From Octopus vulgaris (taxonomy: Eukaryota), in NCBI GenBank assembly GCA_951406725.2, contig OX597814.1, positions 161,758,001-161,822,000 of the forward strand: a stretch of DNA of 64,000 nt, read 5' to 3'. Under the pieces are notes generated by a model that ran no database searches, was not told the origin of the DNA, and worked only from the letters and a program-made list of their open reading frames with translations. This document shows, in pieces, positions 25,940 to 37,453 of this stretch (the first letter of the stretch is position 1; every line of letters begins with the position of its first letter). The position numbers and the translations under genes were made by a program.

Positions 25940-26894
25940 CTTTAATCTTTTGCAATGCTCAAAATATAGACAATAAAAAGAACTGAAAAAAAGATTCCCT
26001 TCTTAAAAGGTCTATCAAGCACACAACATACTGGTACAATTAGTAGAAACACACCTCATACTGGAAGTGCAAGATACTGAGATACACATATCAGGATTTA
26101 CGATCTATTGATCAGATCATTGATCCAGAAAACATAACAGAGTGGTTTTGTATATCCGGGTGTCTCTAGAAAGACATGCTAGAATGCACTCTGTGTATTC
26201 CTGTATGGTATATGATTTAATAACAATTAATGTGAGATATAAGAACATCATCTGATGTGTTACCAAACAACTTCTCCAGACATTTCTTTTATTTATAACT
26301 GCTTTGAAAAGTCTGACAAATAAACAAAAGATACTTAGACAAGTTGACACTTGTTTGTACATCAACTTTCTCAATAACCTGAATCTACTGGGAATAAGGC
26401 AGCCTTCAGGGTATATCAAACCTTGAAGATCAATTCCACATAGAAAGAGAAAGTTGGAAGATCAATTCTACAAAGAAAGAGTAAGTTAGAACTAATTAAT
26501 GCTACTCATAACAGTTTCATACACCAACAAATAATGCAAACATAATACAAACATACAAACATAATACGTTAGGCTTAATATATACTAACAATACAGACTT
26601 GGTATCCATTATTTGAAATAAGCCCTTCTTTCTCCTTGAGCTTTTAATATATAATATTGAAAAGGATTTCCTGACCAGAAACCACAAATCACACAAATTC
26701 TAATTCGCAGAAATTGATCTCAAAGCTGACTGGAAAGTAATCAATAAGTAGATTGGTGTAATAATTTCGGACAGTTCAGCCTGGCAAATAAAACTGAATT
26801 TCTGTACAAAGACAGTGAAATGATAACAATAATAACAGTAATAATAAAAATAATAATAATGATAATGATAATAATAACAATAATAATAATAATA

Positions 26895-26927
<33 letters not shown>

Positions 26928-27150
26928 CACAGTTTTCCAAGAGACAAGCAAATCATCAGAAAACACTCAAATATTACTAAAGACCTCATCAACCCAGCTC
27001 TAATACAGATAAAACTAAACAAAAAGAAAGATAAATATAAAAGTAATAGAAGCCACTTTCGTAGGCTTCTATGATGAAGAAACATCAAAGAAAGATCTCT
27101 TGGCATCTAACTAGATAAAGTTAAACCCAAAGATTTTCTTCCACCAGGCA
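25940..27150 (+). pseudogene. Decayed CR1/L2-type LINE APE endonuclease region, interrupted by (TAA)n
   Basis: Remnants LVETHLILEVQDTEIHISGFTIY*SDH*SRKHNRVVLYI (cf. TETWL…EI.I.GY..YR.DR…GGV.LY) and NTLGLIYTN (cf. LDL.FTN); microsatellite at ~26820-26925. Confidence 0.65.
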
Positions 27151-27193
27151 CATGAGTCTTTAGGCTTATAATAAAAACAATTGATCTGTGTGT

Positions 27194-27228
<35 letters not shown>

Positions 27229-27617
27229 ATAAGATTGAATAGTAAAGAAATTTACTTTGCAACTATGTGGTGTTAGGTTCAATTCCTCTGTATCACATCT
27301 TGGGCAAATGTTATTCGTTATAGTCTCAGATTAACTAATACTTTGTGAGTGAAAACAAGATTGAAATAGAACAGAAGCTCATCCGGTGGACTGTGCTTGT
27401 ATTTTCAAAGGTCCAGCTCTGTTACACACTGTGCCATGGTGATTCTAGTTGAGAAGAGTTCAAATTCCGCCAAGGTTGGCTTTGCCTTTCATCCTTTCAG
27501 GGTTGATAAATAAAGTACCAGTTTCGCACTGGGGTTGATGTAATCGACTTAATCCCTTTGTCTGTCCTTGTTTATCCCCTCTATGTTTATCTCCTTGTGG
27601 GCAGTAAATATATATAT

Positions 27618-29498
27618 ATCATCATCATCATCATCATCGTTTAACGTCCGTTGTCCATGCTAGCATGGGTTGGACGGTTCGACCGGGGATCTGGGAAGCC
27701 AGAAGGTTGCACCAGGCTCCAGTCTTATCTGGCAGTGTTTCTACAGCTGGATGCCCTTCCTAACGCCAACCACTCCGTGAGTGTAGTGGGTGCTTTTTAC
27801 GTGCCACCTGCACAGGTGCCAGGCGAGGCTGGCAACGGCCACGGTCGGATTGGTGTATTTTATGTGCCACCGGCACGGAAGCCAGACGAGGCGGAGCTGG
27901 CATTGGCCACGAGTCGGATAGTGCTTTTTACGTACCACCAGACCAGGGATCCTGGCTGGTTCAATTCGATTTCGATTTCGCTTGCCCCAACATGTCTTCG
28001 CAAGCAAGGGGGTTGGCATGGGTGCCTGTCGTACGGTCAGATTGGTGTATTTTACGTGCCACTGGCACGGAAGCCAATGGAGGCGGCGCTGGCATCGGCC
28101 ACGAGTCGGATAGTGCTTTTTACGTACCACCAGACCAGGGATCCTGGCTGGTTCAATTCGATTTCGATTTCGCTTGCCCCAACATATCTTCGCAAGCAAG
28201 GGGGTTGGCATGGGTGCCTGTCGTACGGTCAGATTGGTGTATTTTACGTGCCACCGGCACGGAAGCCAGTGGAGGCGGCGCTGGCATCGGCCACGAGTCG
28301 GATAGTGCTTTTTACGTACCACCAGACCAGGGATCCTGGCTGGTTCAATTCGATTTCGATTGCCTCAACATGTCTTCGCAAGCAAAGGGGGTTGGCATGG
28401 GTGCCTGTCGTCGGATGAGGTTCTATATCGACTTCGCTTGCCTCAACAGGTCTTTGTGTCCAGGGGAGGAAAGGCATTCATAAGTGGGCTGGGCTCACTT
28501 GTCCTGCCTGGTCAGAATATTTCCAAAGGTCTCGGTCGCTGGTCATTTCCTCAGTGAGGCCTAAAGTTCGAAGGTCGTGCTTCACCACCTCGTCCCAGGT
28601 TTTCCTGGGTCTACCTCTTCCACGGGTTCCCTCAACTGCTAAGGATTGGCACTTTCTCACACACCTATCTTCATCCATTCTCGCCACATGACCATACCAG
28701 CGCAATCGTCTCTCTTGCACACCACAACTGATGCCTCTTAGGTACAACATTTCTCTCAAGGTGCTAATGCTCTGTCGAGTATGTACACTGACATTACACA
28801 TCCATCGGAGCATACTGGCTTCATTCCTCATGAGCTTACGCATTTCCTCGGCAGTCACGGCCCATGTTTCACTGCCATGTAGCATGGCTGTTCGTACACA
28901 CGCATCATACAGTCTGCCTTTTACTCTGAGCGAGAGGCCTTTAGTCACCAGCAGAGGTAAGAGCTCCCTAAACTTTGCCCAGGCTATTCTTATTCTAGCA
29001 GTTACACTTTCAGCGCACCCACCCCACTACTGACTTGGTCACCTAGATAACGGAAGCTATCAACTACTTCTAGTTTTTCCCCTTGGAAAGTGACGGAAGT
29101 TATTTTCTGCAGATTTTCGGAGGTTAATGCTCCTGAGCATCTGCCACATACAAAAACTATCTTCCCAGTTAGCCTACCTTTGACATTGCTGCACCTCTTA
29201 TGTGTCCATAGCTTACACTGGGTACATCTTATAGAGTTTCTACCTACACCTTTTCTACAGATCGAGCAGGGCCATCTTCCTGAAGACATTTGTGGATTGT
29301 CTACCTTTCTACTTATTAGTACTTTGGTTTTAGCTAGGTTGACTCTAAGGCCCCTCGATTCTAAACCCTCCTTCCACACCTGGAACTTCTCCTCCAGCTC
29401 TGATAGTGACTCAGCAATAAGAGCAAGGTTGTCAGCGTAGAGGAGCTCCCAGGGACAACCTGTCTTGAATTCCTCCGTAATTGCCTGGAGGACTATAA
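27618..29498 (-). mobile_element. Young 5'-truncated RTE LINE (RT C-terminal half plus 3'UTR), inactivated
   Basis: ORFs 29002-29547 and 28478-28948 join across a frameshift: WELLYADNL (YADD to YADN), GLRVNLAKTK, FRYLG, MLHGSETW, RLRWYGHV, RGRGRPRKTW. (GAT)n tail; both ends abut (TA)n. Confidence 0.92.
27842..28410. repeat. 192-bp tandem repeat (three units) in the RTE 3'UTR
   Basis: Units start at 27842, 28034 and 28226 (cggtcRgattggtgtatttta…); this explains the 64-aa periodicity in the overlapping ORFs. Confidence 0.9.
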
Positions 29499-29764
29499 TA
29501 TATATATACACATAAGAAAGTGGAAAGGATATGAAATTGACAGACATCAGCCAGTAAACATTCCAGTATGTTTATTTACTCCAATGTATTGGATTGATAC
29601 ACACACATATATTAGTGGTACAGGTTATCAAATAGAAAGAGTTAGTAATAGGTAATTGCAAAAACGAGTGTGTTGAAGCATATAAGCATATAGGAATGAG
29701 TGATCAATTGAGCAAATGAGCAAATGAACAGACTGTGTATAAAACCGAATTGGTGTGTAGGTGC

Positions 29765-29897
29765 TAGCTCCTTACGGCCATTTCTGCCAAGAGGCAACGA
29801 ATACTTCCAGGTAATCTCCATCTCTTCAGTGTTATGTAGAGATGAGCAGATAAGGCTTGAATAATGAATGTGTCTCTAGGCTTCTTCAGAGGGTCTA
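29765..29897 (-). ncRNA. Type I hammerhead motif with ~98-nt helix II domain (partly decayed)
   Basis: Minus strand: tagaccct-CTGAAGA-aGCCtAGAG…CTCTtGGCa-GAA-ATGGCCGT-A-aggagcta. Helix III is one change from the palindrome ACGGCCGT; mismatches in helices I and II. Confidence 0.6.
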
Positions 29898-30682
29898 AGT
29901 GGTTGGGGGTGCTAACACACATATATAAAAATCAGTTAACAATAACTAAGTATGCTTGTCTTTTTTAAAATATACTCTTACTCTTATTCTTTTTCTACTC
30001 TTTATTTTTCGGTCATTTATTTATGTTTAAAGATTGTTGCTTCAAGTCAAAGAATAAATATTATAATGATATATTATTATACAGTTATTATTATACTGTG
30101 AGTCTTCCATAGTAGCTTTCTCTCTGTAACTTACAAAGCCTTTTGGGTTGGTTTACAAAAAATATTATATGTTGTATTATACAGTTTAAGTACATATTAA
30201 CTAAATCTGACTGAAATTGAGGGGTGAATATTTGACCAATCGGATTTGCAAGGAGCCATGTAAGCGTTGATTTGTGGGTTCAACTCAGCCTGAGGTTAGC
30301 TCATCATTTTTGTGTCATTTGTTTATATTTAAAAATTGTCACTTCAAATTGGAGAATAAATATTATTATGATATGTTACTATACAGTTATATATATATAT
30401 TCTCTTTTTCTCTTTCTCTTTTACTTGTTTCAGTCATTTGACTGCAGCCATGCTGGAGCACTGCCTTTAGTGAAGGAAATCGACCCCAGGACTTATTCTT
30501 TGGAAGCCTAGTACTTATTCTATTGGTCTAATATATATATGTAACATATGGTATAATTTTGAATAGGGCAGCTTTTAGCCATTTCTCCGCAGACTGAAAA
30601 AATGATGAACAACCTTAATCGATTTCCAAACCTTATTGGGTTCGAATCAGAGTTGCCTACATCATTCTGACAGTGTGTGTAA

Positions 30683-30749
<67 letters not shown>

Positions 30750-30750
<1 letters not shown>

Positions 30751-31178
30751 GATGAGGGAGAATTCACAAAAAAAAACAAAAGACGAAGACAGGTGGTGTA
30801 GACAAAAAACAGATGTATTAGTATAATGCTTGGGAAGTGAAAAAGTCTTTAACATTTTGAGCCTATGCTCTTCTACAGAAAAGAACACAGAAGGAAACAA
30901 GGAGAGAAAATAAAGTGTAGTGGCTAGTGATCTATCATATATATATATACATATATATACAAATATATATACATATATATACACATATATATATATACAC
31001 ACATATATATATATACACACATATATATACACACATATATATATATATATATATACATATATATGTACATACATATATATATATATACATATATATGTAC
31101 ATACATATATATATATATACATATATATGTACATACATACATATATATATACACGTACATATATATATACATATATAG

Positions 31179-31227
<49 letters not shown>

Positions 31228-31526
31228 TATATTTTCACATATATACACACATATATATATATGCATATATATACACACATATATATATACATATGTGTGT
31301 ATGTGTGTGAGTGTGTGTATATATATATACATATACATATAGTTGAAATTTACAGAAAAACAAAAGATGAAGACAGGTGTATAAACAACAAGCAGGTGTA
31401 TTAGTTGGACACTTGGGAAGGTGAGAAAGTCTTTTACATTTCAAGCCTACGCACTTCAACAGAAAGGAACATGAGGAAATAAACAGAGAGAGAAGAAAAA
31501 AATGTTTGGAGTTAGTGGTCAATCAT
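30750..31526 (-). mobile_element. Two Penelope-like terminal fragments (30750-30937, 31340-31526) separated by a ~400-bp (TA/CA)n tract
   Basis: Both homologous to 1513-1768 and carry a decayed CTGTNGA…GAAAYGT motif on the minus strand. Confidence 0.6.
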
Positions 31527-32349
31527 GTATGTATGTATATATAATAAATAAATGCTTCTGTATATGTATATTTATGTGTATGAATGTGCATACATTACAT
31601 ATGTATATACATATATATATAAAGAGAGAGATATCCAAACACAAACACACAGAAAAAGATGCATATACAAACAGATAAAGTCTATACATAAACAAATATT
31701 TGTATACTGTGTCTTTCCACCAGACATTATTTTATTATATACCATTACTCTTTTTTTGTTTCTAACGTGTAATTTACAAAACAAATTACAAGACTACACT
31801 ATATTAATTTTGTATGGAACATTATCCAGATATTTTTGAAATAGGAACTTAAAATTTATGAAGCCAGGAAATAATTTTATTCAAAAATAGACAATGGCAC
31901 ATTGACATATTTCAATTCCTATTAAATTGATTTGGATATTTACCAAGATTGTTTGGGCTAAAATTGAATATAAGTAAGAACCATCTTCCACTTAATTATA
32001 TTTCCTTCTGCTACTTTTCTTAGATTTTAGTATGTTCCTTTCATAGATTTTTGAGAATCTCAAATGACTTAGAAATTCCTAAATAGCTTCTGAATGGTAA
32101 ATTTTATTATCCTTATTTGAATAATTTCTCCTCCTAGTATGCTGTAAAATTAGATATATCACTGAAAAGTGTAGCTGTAAAATTAATGATAACTAATTAA
32201 CCCAATGTGTAGTTGTAATTCACCACTGTAAATAAAGTATCAATTTCTTGTATGAAAAGTTGTTGGATTCTATCCACTACTTCTACTTGTGCTGTTGCTC
32301 TTGGATATTACATCAAATCATACTTACTACAGTTTGTAGAATGACAATA

Positions 32350-33263
32350 ATAACCCTTTTGATACCAACTCACCAAAATCTGCCTCTGATGCTTTGATAT
32401 GAAATTTCAGTTTCAACCCTTTTGCATTCGGATTACTTTGTCAAATGCAATGCTTATTTATTCTCATTATCATCATCACCATCATTTATCATCTATTGTC
32501 CATGCCAGCATGGGTTGGACAGTTTGACCAGGGCTGGCAAGCTGGAAGGCTGTACCAGACTCTAGTCTGATTTGGCATAGTTTCTACGGCAGGATGCCCT
32601 TCCTGACACCAACCACTCTGAGAGTGTAATGGGTGCTTTTAAGTGCCACCAGCATGGGTGCAATTTGCATGACATCAATATCTGTCATGACTATGAGTTC
32701 ACTTGGCTTGATGGGTCTTCTCATTGTTTTAAATTAATCCTGAATTATCTTGTAGTTTTGAGATTTTGATGATGTGACTGCATATTTTTAGAATGACATT
32801 GTAGGGTAGTATTTTTAGAATGACATTTTTGAATAACATTGTAGTTTGAACATAAAACAGGTAGAATATTTTGGCCAAATGTGACCAGTTTAAATGCTAA
32901 AAGGTTAACGTGATCTAAGTTGAAACTATCCATAAAAATTTCATGTTAATTTGTTTCAAATACCAGCTTAATAATTCTTTTTACTATAAGCACAAGGCCT
33001 GAAATTTGGTGAAGGAGGACTAAATGCATTGACCCTGGTATTCAACTGATACTTATTTTATCAACCACAAAAGGATGAATGGCAAAGTCAACCTCAACAA
33101 AATGTGAACATGAAACATAAAGAGGCAGAAGAAATGCCACTAGTTTACCACCATAAAAAAAATACCGATTTAACAATGGCATAGTTATTTTACTAAATTT
33201 TTCATTATTCTCAAAGTTAATTGAAACAAATGCAGAGTATTACAATAGTAACAAAAGAATTAA
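32350..33263. mobile_element. Nested piggyBac-type MITEs containing an RTE 3' end and a family A SINE
   Basis: Outer element matches the 42383-42608 family. Inner MITE 32413-32908 (…aacccttttgcatt…aatgctaaaaggttaa). RTE 3' end at 32468-32722 flanked by ttctcatt. SINE at ~32975-33150. Confidence 0.7.
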
Positions 33264-33711
33264 ACTGTATTGCATAGAAATTTGCACTGAACAAAAATTC
33301 TAACAATAATTACTAAGAATCCTGTTTCCACATTTACCTTTTCCCTTTTCTTTCACAATCTGTTTTATGTAATCTTTCTTCCTATATATATTCGTTCTGT
33401 TTATTGCTCTTTAGCATGGGTTAGAAGAATATATTATTGGGGTATTATTTTATATCGGATACTCATCTTGTCATTCATTTAGAAAATATATTGAATGTTT
33501 GTAACTGCAAGTTACATAGCTCACTTTCAAGAGCCATGCTGTTCCTAGCATCATCCTTCCACGTGTGTAGAGGTATTGCCCCTTTTATGGCTGCCAGCTC
33601 ATTCATCACTCATCTCATGATATACACATGGTTGCGCAAGACTTCCCTTGAGAGTTCTATATATAGTATATCAGGATAACAAAATCAATAACCCAATGCA
33701 ACTATACCTCC

Positions 33712-35390
33712 TCAAAATGTTTTGGGTTTTTTACATCCTGTTACAATTCTTGCACTTCCCATCAGTTTATGACTTGATGAAATTTTTGTGTTCAATCTTC
33801 GATGGCTAGCATTGTCAATAATAGGCTGCTCCACTTCTTCTAAAACTCCAGTGTTGGGGTCATGCCTGGCCTGGGGACTTGATATGGTCACACCATCACT
33901 GTTAAGCATCCTTGCAGATTCAGCATAAACCATTGTGCCAGGTGTTGCACTCAATTCTGATTCTGGTTCCTGTCTGTTTAGTGGGGCCAGTTGCTCAACT
34001 GCCACATACCGCAGCAGGCAACCCTCCTTCTTAATCCATGCAGTATTCTTTCCGGCATGTATCACATATATCACATATTTTGCCTTGGAAGCAACCTTGT
34101 TGAACATGTTTTTGTGCATTACATCCTCATCTATTTTGAAGAATGGGTTTGCAGCAACCCTCAATTGTCTTTTCATCAACTTTTCGGCCAGTGATAATTT
34201 ACAACCACCCGAGGCACTCTGATGGTTAAACAGAATTTTGTTCAAGTAGTTGCTGAAATTCCTCATCTTCAAATCAAAATGCTCCAGTGCAGTTTTCACA
34301 GTTTGTATGGCCCTTTCTGGATCCACAAAAAGATGAGTAATAAGCATTCAGAAGGCCTTATCTTGCTCTTTACTCCACTTAAATTCTTTAGATCTAGCTG
34401 ATGAGAGTGATTCTACTTTTTCAACATATACCGGGACAAATCTTCTGCAGTAATTTCTCAGACCCAATATTTTGCCAAAATCTTCCTTCAATTTTGGAAC
34501 TTGTACATCCTTTAGTTTTATTACCAATTCCAGAAATGGAGAAATACCTGCTTCAGATATGTTCATTCCAAGGAAAGTCAAATTTCTTCTTCTGGAGAAT
34601 GACTTTGCTTTGTTAATGAAGAATTGTGCCTTGGTTAGCCTTGTAACTACTGCATTTTCTCTGCTCATCAATTTTGCTTCGCTACTAGCATATATGAGGA
34701 TATCATCTTGGTATACCCTGACTCCTTCGATCCCTTTCAGTAGAGTTTTCATGCGGTTCTGAAATATGCCACTCAATTTCTGAAGGCCATTTGAAGTCTG
34801 TTAACCAAGTACAAACCATTACTCTCTTTACTCTTTTACTTGTTTCAGTCATTTGACTGCGGCCGTGCTGGAGCACCGCCTTTAGTCGAATAAATCGACC
34901 CAAGGACTTATTCTTTGTAAGCCTACAACTTATTCTATCGGTCTCTTTTGCCAAACTGCTAAGTTATGGGGACGTAAACAAACCAGCATCGGTTGTCAAG
35001 CGATGTTGGAGGGACAAACACAGACACACAAACACACATACATATATATATATATGTACATATATACGACGGGCTTCTTTCAGTTTCCGTCTACCAAATC
35101 CACTCACAAGGCTTTGGTCGGCCTGAGGCTATAGTAGAAGACACTTGCCCAAGGTGCCACACAGTGAGACTGAACCCAGAACTATGTGGTGGGTAAGCAT
35201 GCTACTTACCACACAGTCACTCCTACGCCTATTGGTTGTATTAATAGTGCAAATCCACCTTGCTTCCACCACTAAAGGTATTTGCCAATATGCATGCTTT
35301 AAATTGAGAGTGGAGAAAAATTTTGCGTCTGACATACTGGAGAAGATAGTGTTGTTGACTGGGAAGTGAAAACAAGAGAGTTTTGTTGTA
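33712..35390 (-). pseudogene. Internally deleted Ty3/Gypsy pol remnant (RT plus integrase C-terminus)
   Basis: FSTLNLKHAYWQIPL…ICTINTT|NGLY…IFQNRM…VRVYQDDILIY…FLG…FKWSKEQDKAF, then directly ERAIQTVK…AEKLMKRQLR; interrupted by a SINE. Confidence 0.85.
34821..35230 (-). mobile_element. Young full-length family B SINE inserted in the Gypsy RT
   Basis: Complete, CpG-rich copy flanked by att (34818-34820 and 35231-35233). Confidence 0.9.
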
Positions 35391-36633
35391 CATGTAAACA
35401 AACACACACATACACGTATGTATATATATATCATCATTTACATGTATCAGTTTCCATCAATTAAATTTTCTCACAAGACTTTGGCTGGTCTGGAGCAATA
35501 GAAGAAAAAACATGCCTCAAGGAGCTACACTGTGGGACTGAATCTGAGACCATATGGTTGGGAAACAAGCTTCTAAACCACACAACAACACTTGTATCTT
35601 AAACACTTGTATCTTATACTTGTGTGTGTGTGTGTGTATTTAGTGGAAGAAAACTGATTGTTGAGTATGTAAGATTATCTCCTCTTCTCATTGGAAGTTG
35701 ACTGCAATTACCCACCAGGTGTTTGTTTACTTCTCAAAGCAAAGATCCTTTCAATAAATTGAAAATTTACCTTGTATAATGCCATTGGGCCACTATGAGT
35801 TATGTTTTTTAGCTACTTTTTATTATATACATTCATCATAAATACATATGTGTGTGTGTATACAAATAGACATACATACAAATACACACATCAGGAAATG
35901 TGTTAATTATGAATACACTTCTAATACACTACTAGTATTAATACATGTGCTAGTACTGAAAATATCTTAACATGATCCTGTGTAAAAAAGGTGTAGACTT
36001 GAGGTGAAAGGAAACAAATCAGATGTTAAGAGTGAAGTTAATAGTAGTGGCCTTAAGAACAGTGTTACAAAAGTTAGAACAGCTAATTGAAACAATATCA
36101 GTTAACTGTAACAACATTATTGATGTTTTTTTGACTAGGCAAAAGGCCAATTTTCCTTTAGCAGAGTAGATACAGTCAATTGAATCAACCTAGTACATTA
36201 TTGGCACTTATTTTACAAACCCTGGTGGGATTTGAAAAGTAAAATCAATCCTAACAGGATTTGAACTTGGCACAGCAAGGTACAAAACTTAAACAGATAA
36301 AATATCTGGTCAGGTGATCTACTCTTTCAATAAGTTCCATTCTCTTCTTTACTTGTTACAGAGTTTGGCTATACTGGTGCAAGTCAACCCCAGCACTATT
36401 TTTTTAATCTGGTACTTAATCCGTCAATACTAGCACTTGTGTCACCAGCACAAGTGCTAGTAAGGCGACGCAGGTAACAATCACGCTCGAATGGTGTTTT
36501 TAACATGCCATCATTAAGGCCAGCTTGTTGCTCTGGCAACGATCTCACTCATATGGTACTCTTAGTGCTCCACTAGCAACGGATGCCAGTCACCGAGTTT
36601 GATTTCGATTTCACTTGCCTATATATATATATG

Positions 36634-36664
<31 letters not shown>

Positions 36665-36666
<2 letters not shown>

Positions 36667-36960
36667 CATCATCATCATCATCATTTAGCGTCCACTTTCC
36701 ATGCTAGCATGGGTTAGACGGTTTAACTGGGGTCTGTGAAGCCGGAAGGCTTCATCAGGCCCAGTCAGATTTGGCAGTGTTTCTACGGCTGGATGCCCTT
36801 CCTAACGCCAACCACTCCGTGAGTGTAGTGGGTGCTTTTTACGTGCCACCTGCACAGGGGCCAGACAGAGCTGGCAAACGACCGCGAACAGATGGTGTTT
36901 TTACGTGCCACCGGCACGGGGGCCAGGCAAGGCTGGCAACGGACACGAACGGATGGTGCT
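36665..36960 (-). mobile_element. RTE LINE 3' end in (TA)n
   Basis: Same 3'UTR with ~62-bp modules; (TA)n on both sides. Confidence 0.85.
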
Positions 36961-37171
36961 ACATATATATTCACACACACACACATATATATAGAGAGAG
37001 AGGGGTGAGGGAGAAGTAGAAAGAGAACTAGCTTAAAGTTCCATCATATTCACTCACATGCCTTTGTTGGCCCAGGCCTATAATACAACACAAGTCCCTT
37101 GCCCAAGTTGCTGCACAGTGGGACTGCTGAAACCATAGTTGTAAAGTGAGCTTCTTAACCATACAGTCATG

Positions 37172-37212
<41 letters not shown>

Positions 37213-37378
37213 CAGCAGGCTTCTTTCAATTTCCATCTACCAAATCCACTCACAAGGCTTTAGTTGGCCTTAGGCTATAGTAGAAGACACCTGCACAAGT
37301 TGCCACATTGTAGGACTGAATCTGGAACTATGCAGTTGGGAGGCAAACTTTTTATCACACAGCCATGCCTCTGCCTAT

Positions 37379-37453
<75 letters not shown>

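Noticed and set aside
27651-28483. Long overlapping ORFs (255, 193 and 163 aa) with internal repeats
   Set aside because: By-product of the GC-rich 192-bp (multiple of 3) tandem repeat in the RTE 3'UTR.
30520-31404. Long YI/HT/CV-rich ORFs (also near 9576, 40792, 49874 and 26700)
   Set aside because: Translations of microsatellites.
36428-36462. 14-bp-arm hairpin tactagcacttgtg/cacaagtgctagta
   Set aside because: A short fold-back at the broken end of an RTE 3'UTR fragment; no evidence of independent function.
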